Numbered from the stretch's first letter, positions 37,012-47,168 are shown. The stretch is 64,000 nt of DNA from an uncultured Chloroflexia bacterium (GCA_963816215.1 CAWFKB010000011.1:24003-88002), one strand, 5' to 3'. Numbers and translations: made by a program. Notes: generated by a model not told the origin, from the sequence alone.

Positions 37012-37722
37012 ATGAGCAGCCAACCCGCCCAGCCCCGCCAGCGATGGCAGATCCTGTACTCCCGGACCGATCCGGCCATGCACCTGCGCCAGCAGGACAT
37101 CCTGGCCGAGTTCGCTCGCGTCCTGGCCGCGGCCGAGCTGCCGGTCTCGCAGACGGCGGCCGCGCGCCCGCGACCCCGGTTGCGACTGGCGGCGACCGCA
37201 CCGCCCGGAATGGAGCTGCGCGGTGACATCGTGGAGGTCTGGTTCGACGACCTGGTCCCGCTCGAACAGGTGATGGCCGCCGGCTCGGCGCTGGCCGACG
37301 GGCTCGCCATCGTCGACGCGCGCGAGGTCTGGCATGGGTTTCCGTCGGCCGCCTCCCAGGTGCGGGGCGGGGAGTACGAAGTCGTGGTGACGATCCAGGA
37401 AGGCGTGACGGAGGACGATCTGCGCGCGGCGGTGGTGGAGCTGCTGGCAGCTCCCTCGCTCCCCGGGCTGCGGCGACGGGGCGAGTCGGAACGGAAGTCC
37501 GACGCGGCCGAACGCGACCTGCGTCCCTACGTCGAGGACCTCGAGCTGCTGGAGACGGACCCTGCGAAGCGGATGGCTCGGCTGCGGATGCAGCTCCGCC
37601 TGGACCCCAGCGGCGCGGGTCGCCCGCGTGACGTCATCGATGCGCTGGGACTGGACCTGCGGCCCACCCGCACGATCCGGCACCGCCTCCTCTTCGTTGA
37701 CACTCCCCCGGTCGCCCGATAG
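37012..37722 (+). CDS. DUF2344 / radical-SAM-linked protein family (TIGR03936-like)
   Basis: The pattern RWQILYSR...ILAEFARVLAAAELPVS...RPRPRLRLAATAPPGMELRGDIVEVWF resembles the family, as does the position upstream of rplU. No radical SAM partner is present in the window. Confidence 0.5.
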   Translation: MSSQPAQPRQRWQILYSRTDPAMHLRQQDILAEFARVLAAAELPVSQTAAARPRPRLRLAATAPPGMELRGDIVEVWFDDLVPLEQVMAAGSALADGLAIVDAREVWHGFPSAASQVRGGEYEVVVTIQEGVTEDDLRAAVVELLAAPSLPGLRRRGESERKSDAAERDLRPYVEDLELLETDPAKRMARLRMQLRLDPSGAGRPRDVIDALGLDLRPTRTIRHRLLFVDTPPVAR

Positions 37723-37788
37723 ACTCCCAACTCCGCGACGGCGCCTCACCGGTGTCCGACCGTGCCTCAAATTCCATGGAGAACGCGC

Positions 37789-38295
37789 ATGTACGCCGTG
37801 GTCGACAGCGGCGGAAAGCAATATCGGGTCGAGACGGGCAGCACGCTCGTCGTTGACCGCCTGAACGCCGCGACGGGAGCCACGGTGACGTTCGACCGTG
37901 TCCTCCTGGTGGGGGACGACGACGGCGTCACGGTCGGCACCCCAACCGTGAGCGGCGCGTCCGTCCGTGGAACGGTGCTCGAGCACGGCCGCGGGCCGAA
38001 GATCATCGTCTTCCACTTCCGCCCCAAGGCCCACTACCGTCGCCGCAACGGTCAGCGTGCGTCGCTGACCCGCATCCGGATTGACGAGATCGCCACCGGG
38101 GCGGAGAAGCCAAAGCGCGCCTCCAAGACCGCCGAGCCCGAGGCACCGACGGCCGGGAAGGCGGCGGTCGCGGAGAAGGCGGTTGCCGCGAAGGCTGCCC
38201 CGACCACCCGCAAGCCGCGCAAGGCCGCGGCACCAGCAACGGCTGCCAAGGCGCCGCGAACCCGGAAGACCAGTCCCGCGAAGGACGAGGAGTAA
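37789..38295 (+). CDS. rplU: 50S ribosomal protein L21 with Ala/Lys/Pro-rich C-terminal extension
   Basis: MYAVVDSGGKQYRVETGSTL...KIIVFHFRPKAHYRRRNGQRASLTRIRIDEI, followed by a 67-aa AKP-rich tail. Confidence 0.93.
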   Translation: MYAVVDSGGKQYRVETGSTLVVDRLNAATGATVTFDRVLLVGDDDGVTVGTPTVSGASVRGTVLEHGRGPKIIVFHFRPKAHYRRRNGQRASLTRIRIDEIATGAEKPKRASKTAEPEAPTAGKAAVAEKAVAAKAAPTTRKPRKAAAPATAAKAPRTRKTSPAKDEE

Positions 38296-38298
38296 CTC

Positions 38299-38556
38299 AT
38301 GGCACACAAGAAAGCAGGCTCGTCCTCGAAGAACGGGCGCGACAGCGCCGGTAAGCGGCTGGGCGTCAAGCGCGGCGACGGGCAGACCGTCCTGGCCGGG
38401 ACGATCATCGTCCGCCAGCGCGGCAGCACGTTCCACCCGGGCTCCAACGTGGGGATGGGTCGCGACTACACCCTGTTCGCGACGGCCGATGGCCGCGTGC
38501 GCTTCACCCACGAGACACGCGCTCGCAAGCGCGTGTCGGTGGTGGCCGAGGCCTGA
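38299..38556 (+). CDS. rpmA: 50S ribosomal protein L27
   Basis: [29 protein letters not shown]...[13 protein letters not shown]. Confidence 0.95.
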   Translation: MAHKKAGSSSKNGRDSAGKRLGVKRGDGQTVLAGTIIVRQRGSTFHPGSNVGMGRDYTLFATADGRVRFTHETRARKRVSVVAEA

Positions 38557-38559
38557 CCC

Positions 38560-38766
38560 ATGAAGCCACAGATTCATCCGCAGTACCATCAGGCCGAGGT
38601 GCACTGCGCTTGCGGGACCACCTTCACCGTGGGTTCGACCGCCGAGTCGATCCGAGTCGAGGTGTGCTCGAATTGCCACCCCTTCTACACCGGCACCCAG
38701 AACATCGTGGACACCGCGGGCCAGGTGGAGCGGTTCCAGCGGCGGATGGAGCGCGCCAGCCGCTGA
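38560..38766 (+). CDS. rpmE: 50S ribosomal protein L31 (Cys-containing type A)
   Basis: [19 protein letters not shown]...[10 protein letters not shown]. Confidence 0.93.
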   Translation: MKPQIHPQYHQAEVHCACGTTFTVGSTAESIRVEVCSNCHPFYTGTQNIVDTAGQVERFQRRMERASR

Positions 38767-38894
38767 CCGCGGCGCGTAAACCCGCGGGCCGCTTCGCGCG
38801 GCTCGTCCCGCACCTGGTCTTCCTCATCCCGGAGCAGCTGATCGCTGCCGGGCCGTTCGTCATCCAGTCGGTCGCCGGCACGCGGCGCTACCGG

Positions 38895-39800
38895 ATGCCC
38901 GACTTCTTCTACGGCGGGCAGGCCCTCATCGAGGGGGTCATGATGCGTGGCCGCTCGACGGCCGCGATGAGCGTTCGCATGGCCAATGGCGAGATCCGAA
39001 CCACCTCCGAATTGCTGCCCCGCGCGTTGAGTGGCGGGCGTTGGCTCAAGGTCCCCTTCGTTCGCGGCGTCCTGGTCCTGTACGAGACGCTCGTGCTCGG
39101 CACCCGGATGCTGATGCGCTCGGCGGCGCTGGCGGCGGAGGGCGAGGACATCCAGATCGGGCGCGGGACCCTGGCCATCTCCTTGATCGCCTCGCTGGGC
39201 TTTGCGGTCGCGCTGTTCTTCGTCCTGCCCCTCGTCCTGTCCTCTGCGGCCGAGGATGTGGCCGGCAGCGACCTGGTCGCCAACCTGCTGGAGGGCCTCT
39301 TCCGGCTGGGGATCTTCGTCGTGTACCTGGCCCTCATCGGTCTCATGTCCGACGTGCGCCGCGTCTTCGCCTATCACGGTGCGGAGCACAAGGCCATCAG
39401 CGCCCACGAGGCCGATGCCGTCCTCGAGCCCGAATCGGTTGATCGGTTCAGCACCGCCCACACGCGATGCGGGACGACCTTCGTGCTGATCGTGGTCGTG
39501 CTGAGCATCGTGTTCTTCTCGTTCATCCCGCGCAGCGGGGTGCCGCTGCCGCTGCTCATGCTGTCGCGCATCGCCCTGATCCCGGTCGTGGCCTCGGTGG
39601 CGTACGAGCTGGTCCGTTTCGGCGCGCGCCACTACGGGAACCGGTTGGTGCGCGCCATCTACGCACCGGGCCTCTGGCTCCAGTCGCTCACCACCCGGCC
39701 CCCGGATCACGACATGCTCGAGGTCAGCATCTCCGCCCTGGAGCGGGTCCTGGCCGAAGACGCCGACGCCGGAGGCACCCAGCCAGCCGGAGCCGCCTGA
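38895..39800 (+). CDS. DUF1385 family membrane protein
   Basis: [33 protein letters not shown]. Conserved position between rpmE and prfA. ATG 38895 (the track start 38610 overlaps rpmE). Confidence 0.8.
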   Translation: MPDFFYGGQALIEGVMMRGRSTAAMSVRMANGEIRTTSELLPRALSGGRWLKVPFVRGVLVLYETLVLGTRMLMRSAALAAEGEDIQIGRGTLAISLIASLGFAVALFFVLPLVLSSAAEDVAGSDLVANLLEGLFRLGIFVVYLALIGLMSDVRRVFAYHGAEHKAISAHEADAVLEPESVDRFSTAHTRCGTTFVLIVVVLSIVFFSFIPRSGVPLPLLMLSRIALIPVVASVAYELVRFGARHYGNRLVRAIYAPGLWLQSLTTRPPDHDMLEVSISALERVLAEDADAGGTQPAGAA

Positions 39801-40879
39801 TGACCGATCGCCTGGCCGAGATGACCGCGCGGCACCGCGAGCTGAGCGAGCTTCTGTCCCAGCCCGAGACGGCCACCGACCCGGCGCTCCTGGCGCGGAC
39901 CGGACGAGAGCTCGCTCGCCTGGCGCCGATCGTGGACCTGTTGGCCCAGCGGGACGAGACGCAGGCGGCCTTGTCGTCGACGCGGGGCATGCTGGACGAT
40001 CCGGACCCCGAGGTCCGGACCATGGCCCGCGAGGAGATGGCCGTCCAGGAGGAGCGGCTGGCCGTCCTGGAGACCGAGCTCCGACGGCTGCTGGTTCCGC
40101 GCGACCCGAACGACGACCGCGACGTGATCCTCGAGATCCGGGCGGGGACGGGTGGCGACGAAGCGTCGCTGTTCGCGACCGACCTGTTCCGGATGTACGG
40201 CCGATACGCCGAGCGCCGGCGGTGGCGCGTCGAGCTGCTGTCCACCAGCGAGAACTCGTCGGGCGGGTTCAAGGAGGTTATCGCGGAGGTTGCCGGGGAC
40301 GGCGCCTATGCCCGCCTGAAGTTCGAGAGCGGAGTCCATCGCGTCCAGCGCGTACCGGTCACGGAGTCGAGCGGACGGATCCACACGTCGACGGCCACGG
40401 TGGCGGTCCTGCCCGAGGCCGAGGAGGTGGAGGTCGAGATCGACGAGGGTGACCTGCGGATCGAGACCTATCGGTCCAGCGGGCCCGGCGGGCAGTCGGT
40501 CAACACCACCGACAGCGCCGTTCGCATCACCCACCTGCCGAGCGGGCTGGTGGTCGCCATCCAGGATGAGAAGAGCCAGCACAAGAACCGGGCGAAGGCC
40601 CTGTCCGTGCTCCGCGCGCGGCTGCTCGAGGCGGAGCGTGCGCGGCAGGCGGAGGAGCGCGGCGACGCCCGGCGGGCGCAGGTCGGGACCGGCGAACGGT
40701 CGGAGAAGATCCGGACCTACAACTTTCCCGATGACCGCGTGACCGACCACCGGATCGGGCTGACGGTCCACAACCTGCCCGGCCTGCTGGACGGTGATCT
40801 CGATCGGCTGATCGAGCCGCTGGTGGAGGCCGATCAGGCCGCGCGACTGGCCGCGGCAGGGGTGGACGGTGACCGCTGA
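39800..40879 (+). CDS. prfA: Peptide chain release factor 1
   Basis: PVT tripeptide in [33 protein letters not shown]. The ATG overlaps the upstream TGA by 1 nt. Confidence 0.95.
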   Translation: MTDRLAEMTARHRELSELLSQPETATDPALLARTGRELARLAPIVDLLAQRDETQAALSSTRGMLDDPDPEVRTMAREEMAVQEERLAVLETELRRLLVPRDPNDDRDVILEIRAGTGGDEASLFATDLFRMYGRYAERRRWRVELLSTSENSSGGFKEVIAEVAGDGAYARLKFESGVHRVQRVPVTESSGRIHTSTATVAVLPEAEEVEVEIDEGDLRIETYRSSGPGGQSVNTTDSAVRITHLPSGLVVAIQDEKSQHKNRAKALSVLRARLLEAERARQAEERGDARRAQVGTGERSEKIRTYNFPDDRVTDHRIGLTVHNLPGLLDGDLDRLIEPLVEADQAARLAAAGVDGDR

Positions 40880-41783
40880 GGCCTCGGCTTCGACGATGAC
40901 GGCGGGCGCCGCCGTGAACGCAGCGGCGCGGCGGCTGCGCGCGGCCGAGTCGCCGACCCCGCGCCTGGACGCCGAGCTGCTGGTGGGCTACGTCCTCGAC
41001 CGCGACCGGACCTGGCTGCTGGCCCATGAAGAAGCGGCACTCCCTGCCGCGGCCGAGGCGCGGCTGGCAGGTCTCGTGGAGCGCCGGGCGGCCGGTGAGC
41101 CGGTTGCCTACCTCCGTGGATTCAAGGAGTGGTACGGCATCCGCCTAGCCACCGATCAGCGGGCGCTCATCCCGCGCCCCGAAACCGAGCTCCTGGTCGA
41201 CCTGGCGGTCGCCGAGATTGCCCGGCGATTGACCGCGGACGATCAGCCGATCCTGGTATGGGACGTGGGGACGGGGAGCGGCGCGGTGGCGGTCGCCCTG
41301 GCCCGTCGATTCCGTGCCGCGCTGGCCCTCGGCCGCGTCCGGCTGGTGGCCAGCGACGTGTCACCCGATGCGGTAGAGCTGGCGGCCGAGAACCTGGCCG
41401 CGCACGGGGTCGACCGGCTCGTCGTGCTCCAGGTTGCCGACCTCCTTCAAACCGTCGGCGAGGGTCCCGCTCAGCCGGACGTGGTGATCGCCAACCTGCC
41501 GTATGTGCCGGCCCGTGACGTGGATGCCGGCGCGGGGAGCCTTGCCTGGGAACCGCGCACCGCGCTGGATGGGGGACCCGACGGGCTGGACGTCGTGCGA
41601 CGCCTCCTCGATCGGCTGCCGGACCACCTGGCCCGCGGCGGCGTGGCTCTGCTGGAGGTCGGTGCCGGCCAGGCTGCAGACGTCTGCGCTGTGGTGGACG
41701 GCCTGCCCGGGCGCTGGTCGCAAACCGTTGCCGCCGACCTGGCCGGCCATGAGCGAATCGTCGTCATGAGCCGCCAGCCATGA
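40869..41783 (+). CDS. prmC: Release factor glutamine N5-methyltransferase PrmC/HemK
   Basis: [16 protein letters not shown] motif [11 protein letters not shown], catalytic IANLPYV. Follows prfA. Confidence 0.85.
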   Translation: MTAEASASTMTAGAAVNAAARRLRAAESPTPRLDAELLVGYVLDRDRTWLLAHEEAALPAAAEARLAGLVERRAAGEPVAYLRGFKEWYGIRLATDQRALIPRPETELLVDLAVAEIARRLTADDQPILVWDVGTGSGAVAVALARRFRAALALGRVRLVASDVSPDAVELAAENLAAHGVDRLVVLQVADLLQTVGEGPAQPDVVIANLPYVPARDVDAGAGSLAWEPRTALDGGPDGLDVVRRLLDRLPDHLARGGVALLEVGAGQAADVCAVVDGLPGRWSQTVAADLAGHERIVVMSRQP

Positions 41784-42382
41784 CCGACGTCCTGCCGCCC
41801 ACCCCGGAGGGCATCGCCACCGCCGCGGCCCTGCTGCGGGGCGGCGCGATCGTCGCGTTCCCCACCGACACGGTGTACGGGGTCGGGGTGGCATCCGCCG
41901 ACCCGGAGCGGGTTGAGGCGCTGTTCGTGCTGAAAGACCGTCCCCCTGACCGCCGCATCCCGATGCTGGTGTCCGAACTGTCCCAGGCCACCGACAGAGG
42001 TTGGGAAGCGGACGACCGGGCGACCGCACTGGCAGAACGGTTCTGGCCCGGCCCCCTGACCCTGGTCCTCCCCGGCCCCGGCGGATCACAGGCCTTCAGG
42101 GCACCCGACCATGCCGTCGCCCTCGAGCTGATCCGGGCTTCTGGTCCGCTGTTCACGACCAGCGCCAATCGGTCCAGCGAGCCGGACACCCTGGGCGCGG
42201 ACGACGTACTCATCGCGTTTGCCACCCAGCAGGACGAGCTGGCGGCCGTCGTCGACGGCGGCGCGTCGCCGGGCGGCGTCCCGTCTACCGTGGTCGACCT
42301 CACCGTGACACCGGCCCGTCTGCTCCGCGCCGGACCCATTGGTCCGCTCGAGATTGCCGAGGTGGTCGACCTCCAGCCGTGA
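41780..42382 (+). CDS. tsaC: L-threonylcarbamoyladenylate synthase (TsaC/YwlC/Sua5 family)
   Basis: GGAIVAFPTDTVYGVG, FWPGPLTLVL, GVPSTVVDL. Confidence 0.8.
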   Translation: MTDVLPPTPEGIATAAALLRGGAIVAFPTDTVYGVGVASADPERVEALFVLKDRPPDRRIPMLVSELSQATDRGWEADDRATALAERFWPGPLTLVLPGPGGSQAFRAPDHAVALELIRASGPLFTTSANRSSEPDTLGADDVLIAFATQQDELAAVVDGGASPGGVPSTVVDLTVTPARLLRAGPIGPLEIAEVVDLQP

Positions 42383-42429
42383 GCCCGGAGGTGACCGGCT
42401 GAGCCGATTCCGGCGCGTACACTCGGCCC

Positions 42430-42882
42430 ATGCGGGTCGCCATCGGCTCCGATCACGCCGGCTTCGTCATGAAGGGCCAGCTGTGCCGGCTGCTGGAAAC
42501 GCTGGGGATTGAGTTCCGCGACTTCGGCACCGATTCCGAGGAGCCGGTGGACTATCCGGACTACATCGCGCCGGTCGCCCGGGCGGTGGCCCGCGGCGAG
42601 TTCGATTTCGGGATCGTCCTGGGCGGCAGCGGGACCGGGGAAGCCATCGTTGCCAACAAGATCCGGGGCGTTCGCTGTGTGCAGGCCAACAACCCGGTCG
42701 TGGCACGGTTGGGACGAGAGCACAACGACGCCAACGTGTTGGCGATCGGTGCCCGGGTGACCACGCCGGAGCAGGCTGAGGCCTGCGTCCGTGAGTTCCT
42801 GTCGGCCGAGTTCGAGGGCGGGCGGCACATCCGGCGGGTGGCGAAGATCGCGACCATCGAGGCCGAGGAGGCCCGCGGCTGA
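42430..42882 (+). CDS. rpiB: Ribose-5-phosphate isomerase B
   Basis: MRVAIGSDHAGF, GIVLGGSGTGEAIVANKIRGVR, HNDANVLAIGAR. Confidence 0.9.
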   Translation: MRVAIGSDHAGFVMKGQLCRLLETLGIEFRDFGTDSEEPVDYPDYIAPVARAVARGEFDFGIVLGGSGTGEAIVANKIRGVRCVQANNPVVARLGREHNDANVLAIGARVTTPEQAEACVREFLSAEFEGGRHIRRVAKIATIEAEEARG

Positions 42883-44153
42883 ACCTGGACCTGGCCCCGG
42901 ACGAGCGGCGGATGCTGGCGGGCGAGGATGGCCCGGGAACGGCCTTCGCCATGCGGCTCGTGGTCCGTGCCGCCGAGATCCTGGGTGCGAAGGCACTCAT
43001 CCCGATCACGGGAGCGCATGTCGATTCGTGCCTGTACCACGGCCAGGCGACGCTGGACTTCGTCGATCGCCTTGTGGAAGGCGGTGCGTCCGCACGGGTT
43101 CCCACCACACTCAACGTCGGAACGATCGACCTCCTTCATCCCGAGCTGTGGCGCGGCGACGCGGAGCTGGCGGACCGCGGTCGACGACTCATGGACCAGT
43201 ACCGCGCCCTGGGCTGCCGGCCGACCTTTACCTGCGCTCCGTACCAGCTGGCTGATTCGCGCCCGGGCCTGGGCGACCAGGTCGCCTGGGGTGAGTCGAA
43301 CGCGATTGTCTTTGCCAACTCGGTGCTGGGGGCGCGGACAAACCGATACGGGGACTTCCTCGACATCGCGTGCGCCGTGGTGGGTCGGGCGCCCGACGCT
43401 GGCCTCCATCGGACCGAGAACCGCGCCGCGCGGGTCGTGGTCCGCCTCTCCCCCGACGTTCCACCCGCGCTGTTCGACGACGACGCCCTCTACCCGGTGC
43501 TTGGCATCATCGTGGGGCGACTGGTGGGCGGCACCGTCTCGGTGGTCGACGGCTTGCCGGCCGGCGTTTCCGAGGACCGCCTCAAGGCGCTGGGGGCAGC
43601 GGCAGCATCCTCTGGCTCGGTGGCCCTCCTCCACGTCGCCGGATCCACCCCGGAGGCGTCAACCCTCGAGGAAGGACTCCAGGGCCGCGAACCCGAGGCC
43701 GTTCGTACCGTCTCGTTCACCGATCTCCAGGCGGTGCACGGCGAGCTGTCGGAGGGCGAGGACGGACCGATCAGCGCAGTCAGCCTGGGCACGCCGCATG
43801 CCTCGTATTCCGAGCTGGCGCGGGCCGCAACCCTGCTGAACGGGCGCCGCGTTGCCCCTGACGTTGAGTTCCTGATTTCCACCGGCCGCGACACGCTGGC
43901 CGCGGCGGAGTCGGACGGCACCGCGGGGCGCCTGAGGGACGGCGGCGCGGAGCTGCTGGTCGACACCTGCTCCTACATCAGTCCCATCCTCCGCGGCCCG
44001 CATGGCCGGGTCATGACCGACTCCGGAAAGTGGGCCTACTACGCGGCCGGCAACATCGGGGCCACGGTGCTCTTCGGCTCCATGGCGGAATGCGTCGAGT
44101 CGGCGGTTGCGGGACGGGTCATGCGCGACGACCGCGGATGGCGCAGCGCGTGA
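42879..44153 (+). CDS. Aconitase X catalytic subunit (DUF521)
   Basis: ERRMLAGEDGPGTAFAMRLV, ITGAHVDSC, CAPYQ, WGESNAIVFANSVLGARTN. The first ATG is 42912. Family-conserved residues begin upstream, where only CTG codons exist (CTG 42879, preceded by GAGGAGG). Confidence 0.75.
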   Translation: MNLDLAPDERRMLAGEDGPGTAFAMRLVVRAAEILGAKALIPITGAHVDSCLYHGQATLDFVDRLVEGGASARVPTTLNVGTIDLLHPELWRGDAELADRGRRLMDQYRALGCRPTFTCAPYQLADSRPGLGDQVAWGESNAIVFANSVLGARTNRYGDFLDIACAVVGRAPDAGLHRTENRAARVVVRLSPDVPPALFDDDALYPVLGIIVGRLVGGTVSVVDGLPAGVSEDRLKALGAAAASSGSVALLHVAGSTPEASTLEEGLQGREPEAVRTVSFTDLQAVHGELSEGEDGPISAVSLGTPHASYSELARAATLLNGRRVAPDVEFLISTGRDTLAAAESDGTAGRLRDGGAELLVDTCSYISPILRGPHGRVMTDSGKWAYYAAGNIGATVLFGSMAECVESAVAGRVMRDDRGWRSA

Positions 44154-44551
44154 TCGGCCGCCACTTGGCACCCGGAGCCGCCCGCGGCACCGCGCTGGTC
44201 CTCGCCGAGCCACTGTCCCTGTGGGGCGGGATGGACCCGGCCACCGGTCTCGTGCTCGAGCCCCGCCATCCGCAGGCCGGCGCCAGCCTTGCCGGGCGGG
44301 TGGTGGTCATGTCCAGCGCCCGCGGGTCGTCGTCGTCGGCCAGCGTGCTGGCGGAGGCCATCCGGGCGGGCACCGCACCGGCAGCCATCGTGTTGGGGGA
44401 GGTGGACCTCATCCTGGCCCTCGGCGCGGCCGTCGGGGACGAGCTGTATGGCCTCCAGGTGCCCATCGTCGTGTTGGGGCCCGACGAGTTGGCTCAGATC
44501 AGCGACGGCGTAGCCGTCGACATCGGTTCGGACGGCACGGTCACGGTCTAG
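44138..44551 (+). CDS. Aconitase X swivel-domain subunit (DUF126)
   Basis: LVLAEPLSLWGGMDPATGLV, GRVVVMSSARGSSSSASVLAEAIRAGTAPAAIV. Overlaps the large-subunit gene. Confidence 0.7.
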   Translation: MAQRVIGRHLAPGAARGTALVLAEPLSLWGGMDPATGLVLEPRHPQAGASLAGRVVVMSSARGSSSSASVLAEAIRAGTAPAAIVLGEVDLILALGAAVGDELYGLQVPIVVLGPDELAQISDGVAVDIGSDGTVTV

Positions 44552-44590
44552 ACTCGCCCTCCGACCACCCGACGGAGGAGAGACAGACCG

Positions 44591-45853
44591 ATGGATGCCT
44601 GGGCCGGCCTGGAGGCCGAGGATCACGAGATCTGGAAGGTGATCCAGGACGAGGAGCATCGGGCGTACTCCAACCTGGAGCTGATCGCCTCCGAAAGCTA
44701 TCCCAGCCGGGCGGTGCTGGAGGCCACCGGATCGGTGCTCACCGCCAAGTACGCCGAGGGCTACCCGGGGCGCCGCTACTACGGCGGCTGCGAGGTCGTC
44801 GACCGGGCCGAGAACCTGGCCCGCGATCGGGCGCGCGAGCTGTTCGGGGCGGAGCATGTGAACGTCCAGCCCCATGCCGGAGCGCAGGCCAACATGGCGG
44901 TGTTTCACGCCCTCCTCGAGCGCGGGGACACGGTCCTGGGCCTGGCCCTGGACCAGGGCGGGCATCTGACCCACGGATCCCCGGTGAACTTCAGCGGCCA
45001 GTACTACAACTTCGTTCCGTACCACGTGGACCGCGAGACCCACCTGATCGACATGGAGGAGGTCCGCGCCCTGGCTCGCGAGCACCGCCCCAAGATGATC
45101 GTCACCGGGGCGACCGCCTACCCTCGGCACTGGGACTTCGCCGGCTTCCGGGAGATCGCGGATGAGGTGGGCGCACTGCTCATGACCGACATGTCCCACT
45201 TCGCGGGCCTGGTGGCCGGCGGCGTCCACCCCAGCCCCGTCCCGCATGCGGACGTGGTGACGACCACCACCCACAAGACGCTTCGTGGCCCGCGCGGGGC
45301 GATGATCCTGTGCCGCGAGGCGCACGCCAAGGACATCGACCGGGCCGTGTTCCCCGCCATCCAGGGCGGGCCCCTGATGCACGTCGTCGCCGCCAAGGCG
45401 GTCGCCTTCCACCAGGCCATGAGCCCCGAGTTTCGGACCGATGCCCAGCGCACCGTGGACAACGCCCGGGCCCTGGGGGAGGCGCTCGCCCAGCGCGGGG
45501 CGTCGCTCGTCTCGGGCGGGACCGATACCCACCTGCTCCTCGTGGACGTGACCCCGTTCGGGGTGACCGGCAAGGAGGCCGATCAGGCCCTGGGCGAGGT
45601 GGACATCACGGTCAACAAGAACGCGATTCCCTATGACCCCAACCCGCCCATGGTGGCGAGCGGGGTCCGGGTCGGGACGCCGTGCGTCACCGGACGGGGG
45701 ATGGGGACGGCGGAGATGGCCGACATCGGGGCGCTTCTGGTGGACGGCATCGCGGCCCGCGGCGACCCCGTGGCGCAGGCCGCCGTCCGAGCGCGGGTGG
45801 TGGCCCTGGCTGAGCGGTTCCCGGTGCCCGGACTGGCGTGGACACGCGCCTGA
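44591..45853 (+). CDS. glyA: Serine hydroxymethyltransferase
   Basis: [30 protein letters not shown]-lysine motif [13 protein letters not shown]. Confidence 0.95.
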   Translation: MDAWAGLEAEDHEIWKVIQDEEHRAYSNLELIASESYPSRAVLEATGSVLTAKYAEGYPGRRYYGGCEVVDRAENLARDRARELFGAEHVNVQPHAGAQANMAVFHALLERGDTVLGLALDQGGHLTHGSPVNFSGQYYNFVPYHVDRETHLIDMEEVRALAREHRPKMIVTGATAYPRHWDFAGFREIADEVGALLMTDMSHFAGLVAGGVHPSPVPHADVVTTTTHKTLRGPRGAMILCREAHAKDIDRAVFPAIQGGPLMHVVAAKAVAFHQAMSPEFRTDAQRTVDNARALGEALAQRGASLVSGGTDTHLLLVDVTPFGVTGKEADQALGEVDITVNKNAIPYDPNPPMVASGVRVGTPCVTGRGMGTAEMADIGALLVDGIAARGDPVAQAAVRARVVALAERFPVPGLAWTRA

Positions 45854-45924
45854 CCGATCAGGGGCGGGCGCCGAGGCCAGACGCTATACTCGCCGCGGCT
45901 TCCGATCGCCCGGAGTCGAGCTGA

Positions 45925-46134
45925 ATGCCCAATACGAGCCCCGGGCCGGCCAGGATTCTTGGTGAAGTCACCCTGATCATGGTCATCCCGATGCTCGGCG
46001 GCGTGGTCATCGGTCTGATGCTTGACGCGCAGGCTGGGACCTCGCCGATTTTCGTGCTCGGCGGTCTGGTGCTCGGCAGCCTCACGTCAGCCGCCGGTAT
46101 CTGGCTCTACATCCGGAAGCGCCAGCGGTCGTGA
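45925..46134 (+). CDS. AtpZ/AtpI-like small membrane protein (copy 1)
   Basis: 69 aa, two TM helices (VIPMLGGVVIGLMLDAQAGTSPIFVLGGLVLG), immediately upstream of the atp operon. Confidence 0.55.
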   Translation: MPNTSPGPARILGEVTLIMVIPMLGGVVIGLMLDAQAGTSPIFVLGGLVLGSLTSAAGIWLYIRKRQRS

Positions 46135-46328
46135 ACAACAACTGGGGGATCGCTCTCGACCTGGGGATCCGGCTCGGGGCGTCGGTGATGATCGGGTTCT
46201 TCGGCGGCCTGCTGCTCGATAACCTGCTCGGGACCCGGCCCTTGCTGACCCTGGTGGGCGCCACGTTTGGGGTGGCGGCCGCGATGTACACCATCTGGGA
46301 CGTCGCGAAGCGAGCAATGCGGAAATAG
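46131..46328 (+). CDS. AtpZ/AtpI-like small membrane protein (copy 2)
   Basis: 65 aa. MIGFFGGLLLDNLLGTRPLLTLVGATFGVAAAMY has the same GG..LD...GT.P pattern as copy 1. 4-nt overlap with copy 1. Confidence 0.6.
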   Translation: MNNNWGIALDLGIRLGASVMIGFFGGLLLDNLLGTRPLLTLVGATFGVAAAMYTIWDVAKRAMRK

Positions 46329-46352
46329 CTGTTTGGCTCTGAGGGTCACAAC

Positions 46353-47168
46353 CTGGTCCACGTCGACATCGCCGCGGAACCCCTGTTCCAGATCGGCCCC
46401 TTCATCTTCACCAACAGCATGGTCGGCGCGCTGCTGGCCAGCGCCCTGCTGCTCCTGACCACCGCCTACCTTTCCCGCCGCGCCACGCTCGTTCCGGGTC
46501 GCTTCCAGGCGCTCGTCGAGTTTCCGATCGAATGGCTGGCCGGCATCGTCAAGGGAACCGGTGGGAAGCGCTGGAAGGAGTTCGTGGGGCTCGTCATCGC
46601 CATCTTCATGTTCGTCCTGGTCGCCAACTTCATCGGCCTGTTGCCGGGTGTGGGCGTGGTGGGGATCAACGAGGTGGGCGAGGGCGGCTCCACCGTGATC
46701 GTGCCCTTGGTGCGCCCGGCCGCCGCCGACCTGAACTTCACGTTGGGCCTGGCGATCATCGCCTTCGTGGCCTTCATCGGCTGGGGCATCCGAGCGAACG
46801 GGGTGGGTGGCTACCTCAAGGAGCTGCTCATCGCGGAGCCTGCGTACATGACGCCACTCCTGACACCCATCCACATCATCAGCGAGCTGTCGCGGTTGAT
46901 CAGCCTGTCCATGCGACTCTTCGGCAACGTCTTCGCCGGGGAGGTCCTGCTCGCGGTGATGCTCGCCCTGGTCCCGCTCTTCGTCCCCGTTGTCTTCCTG
47001 GGCCTGGAGATCATCTTCGGCTTCGTCCAGGCCCTCGTCTTCGCGTTGCTGACCATGACCTACATCACCCTCGCCATCGCCGAGCACCGGCAGCACGAGT
47101 CGGGGGACGAACACACGGGCCACCAGCCCGAGGAACGAGAGGCGAGCCCGACCCCGGGCACGGCCTGA
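46353..47168 (+). CDS. atpB: F0F1 ATP synthase subunit a
   Basis: Essential-Arg region LSMRLFGNVFAGE. The conserved N-terminal segment EPLFQIGPFIFTNS lies upstream of the first ATG (46419). The only in-frame candidates are CTG 46353 (GAGGG 7 nt upstream) and CTG 46329. Confidence 0.9.
   Translation: MVHVDIAAEPLFQIGPFIFTNSMVGALLASALLLLTTAYLSRRATLVPGRFQALVEFPIEWLAGIVKGTGGKRWKEFVGLVIAIFMFVLVANFIGLLPGVGVVGINEVGEGGSTVIVPLVRPAAADLNFTLGLAIIAFVAFIGWGIRANGVGGYLKELLIAEPAYMTPLLTPIHIISELSRLISLSMRLFGNVFAGEVLLAVMLALVPLFVPVVFLGLEIIFGFVQALVFALLTMTYITLAIAEHRQHESGDEHTGHQPEEREASPTPGTA

Noticed and set aside
34956-37310. 784-aa minus-strand ORF (and 36961..38679, 33812..35815, 33093..34874, 55742..57664, 60993..63617, 52847..54631)
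   Set aside because: All are alternative-frame or antisense shadows of recognisable genes (rodA, AI-2E, rplU region, mrdA, UPF0104, TadG-like, murA), with Arg/Pro/Gly-dominated translations.
38610-38894. N-terminal 95 codons of track ORF 38610..39800
   Set aside because: They overlap rpmE in another frame and are Arg/Pro/His-rich. DUF1385 homology begins at ATG 38895.
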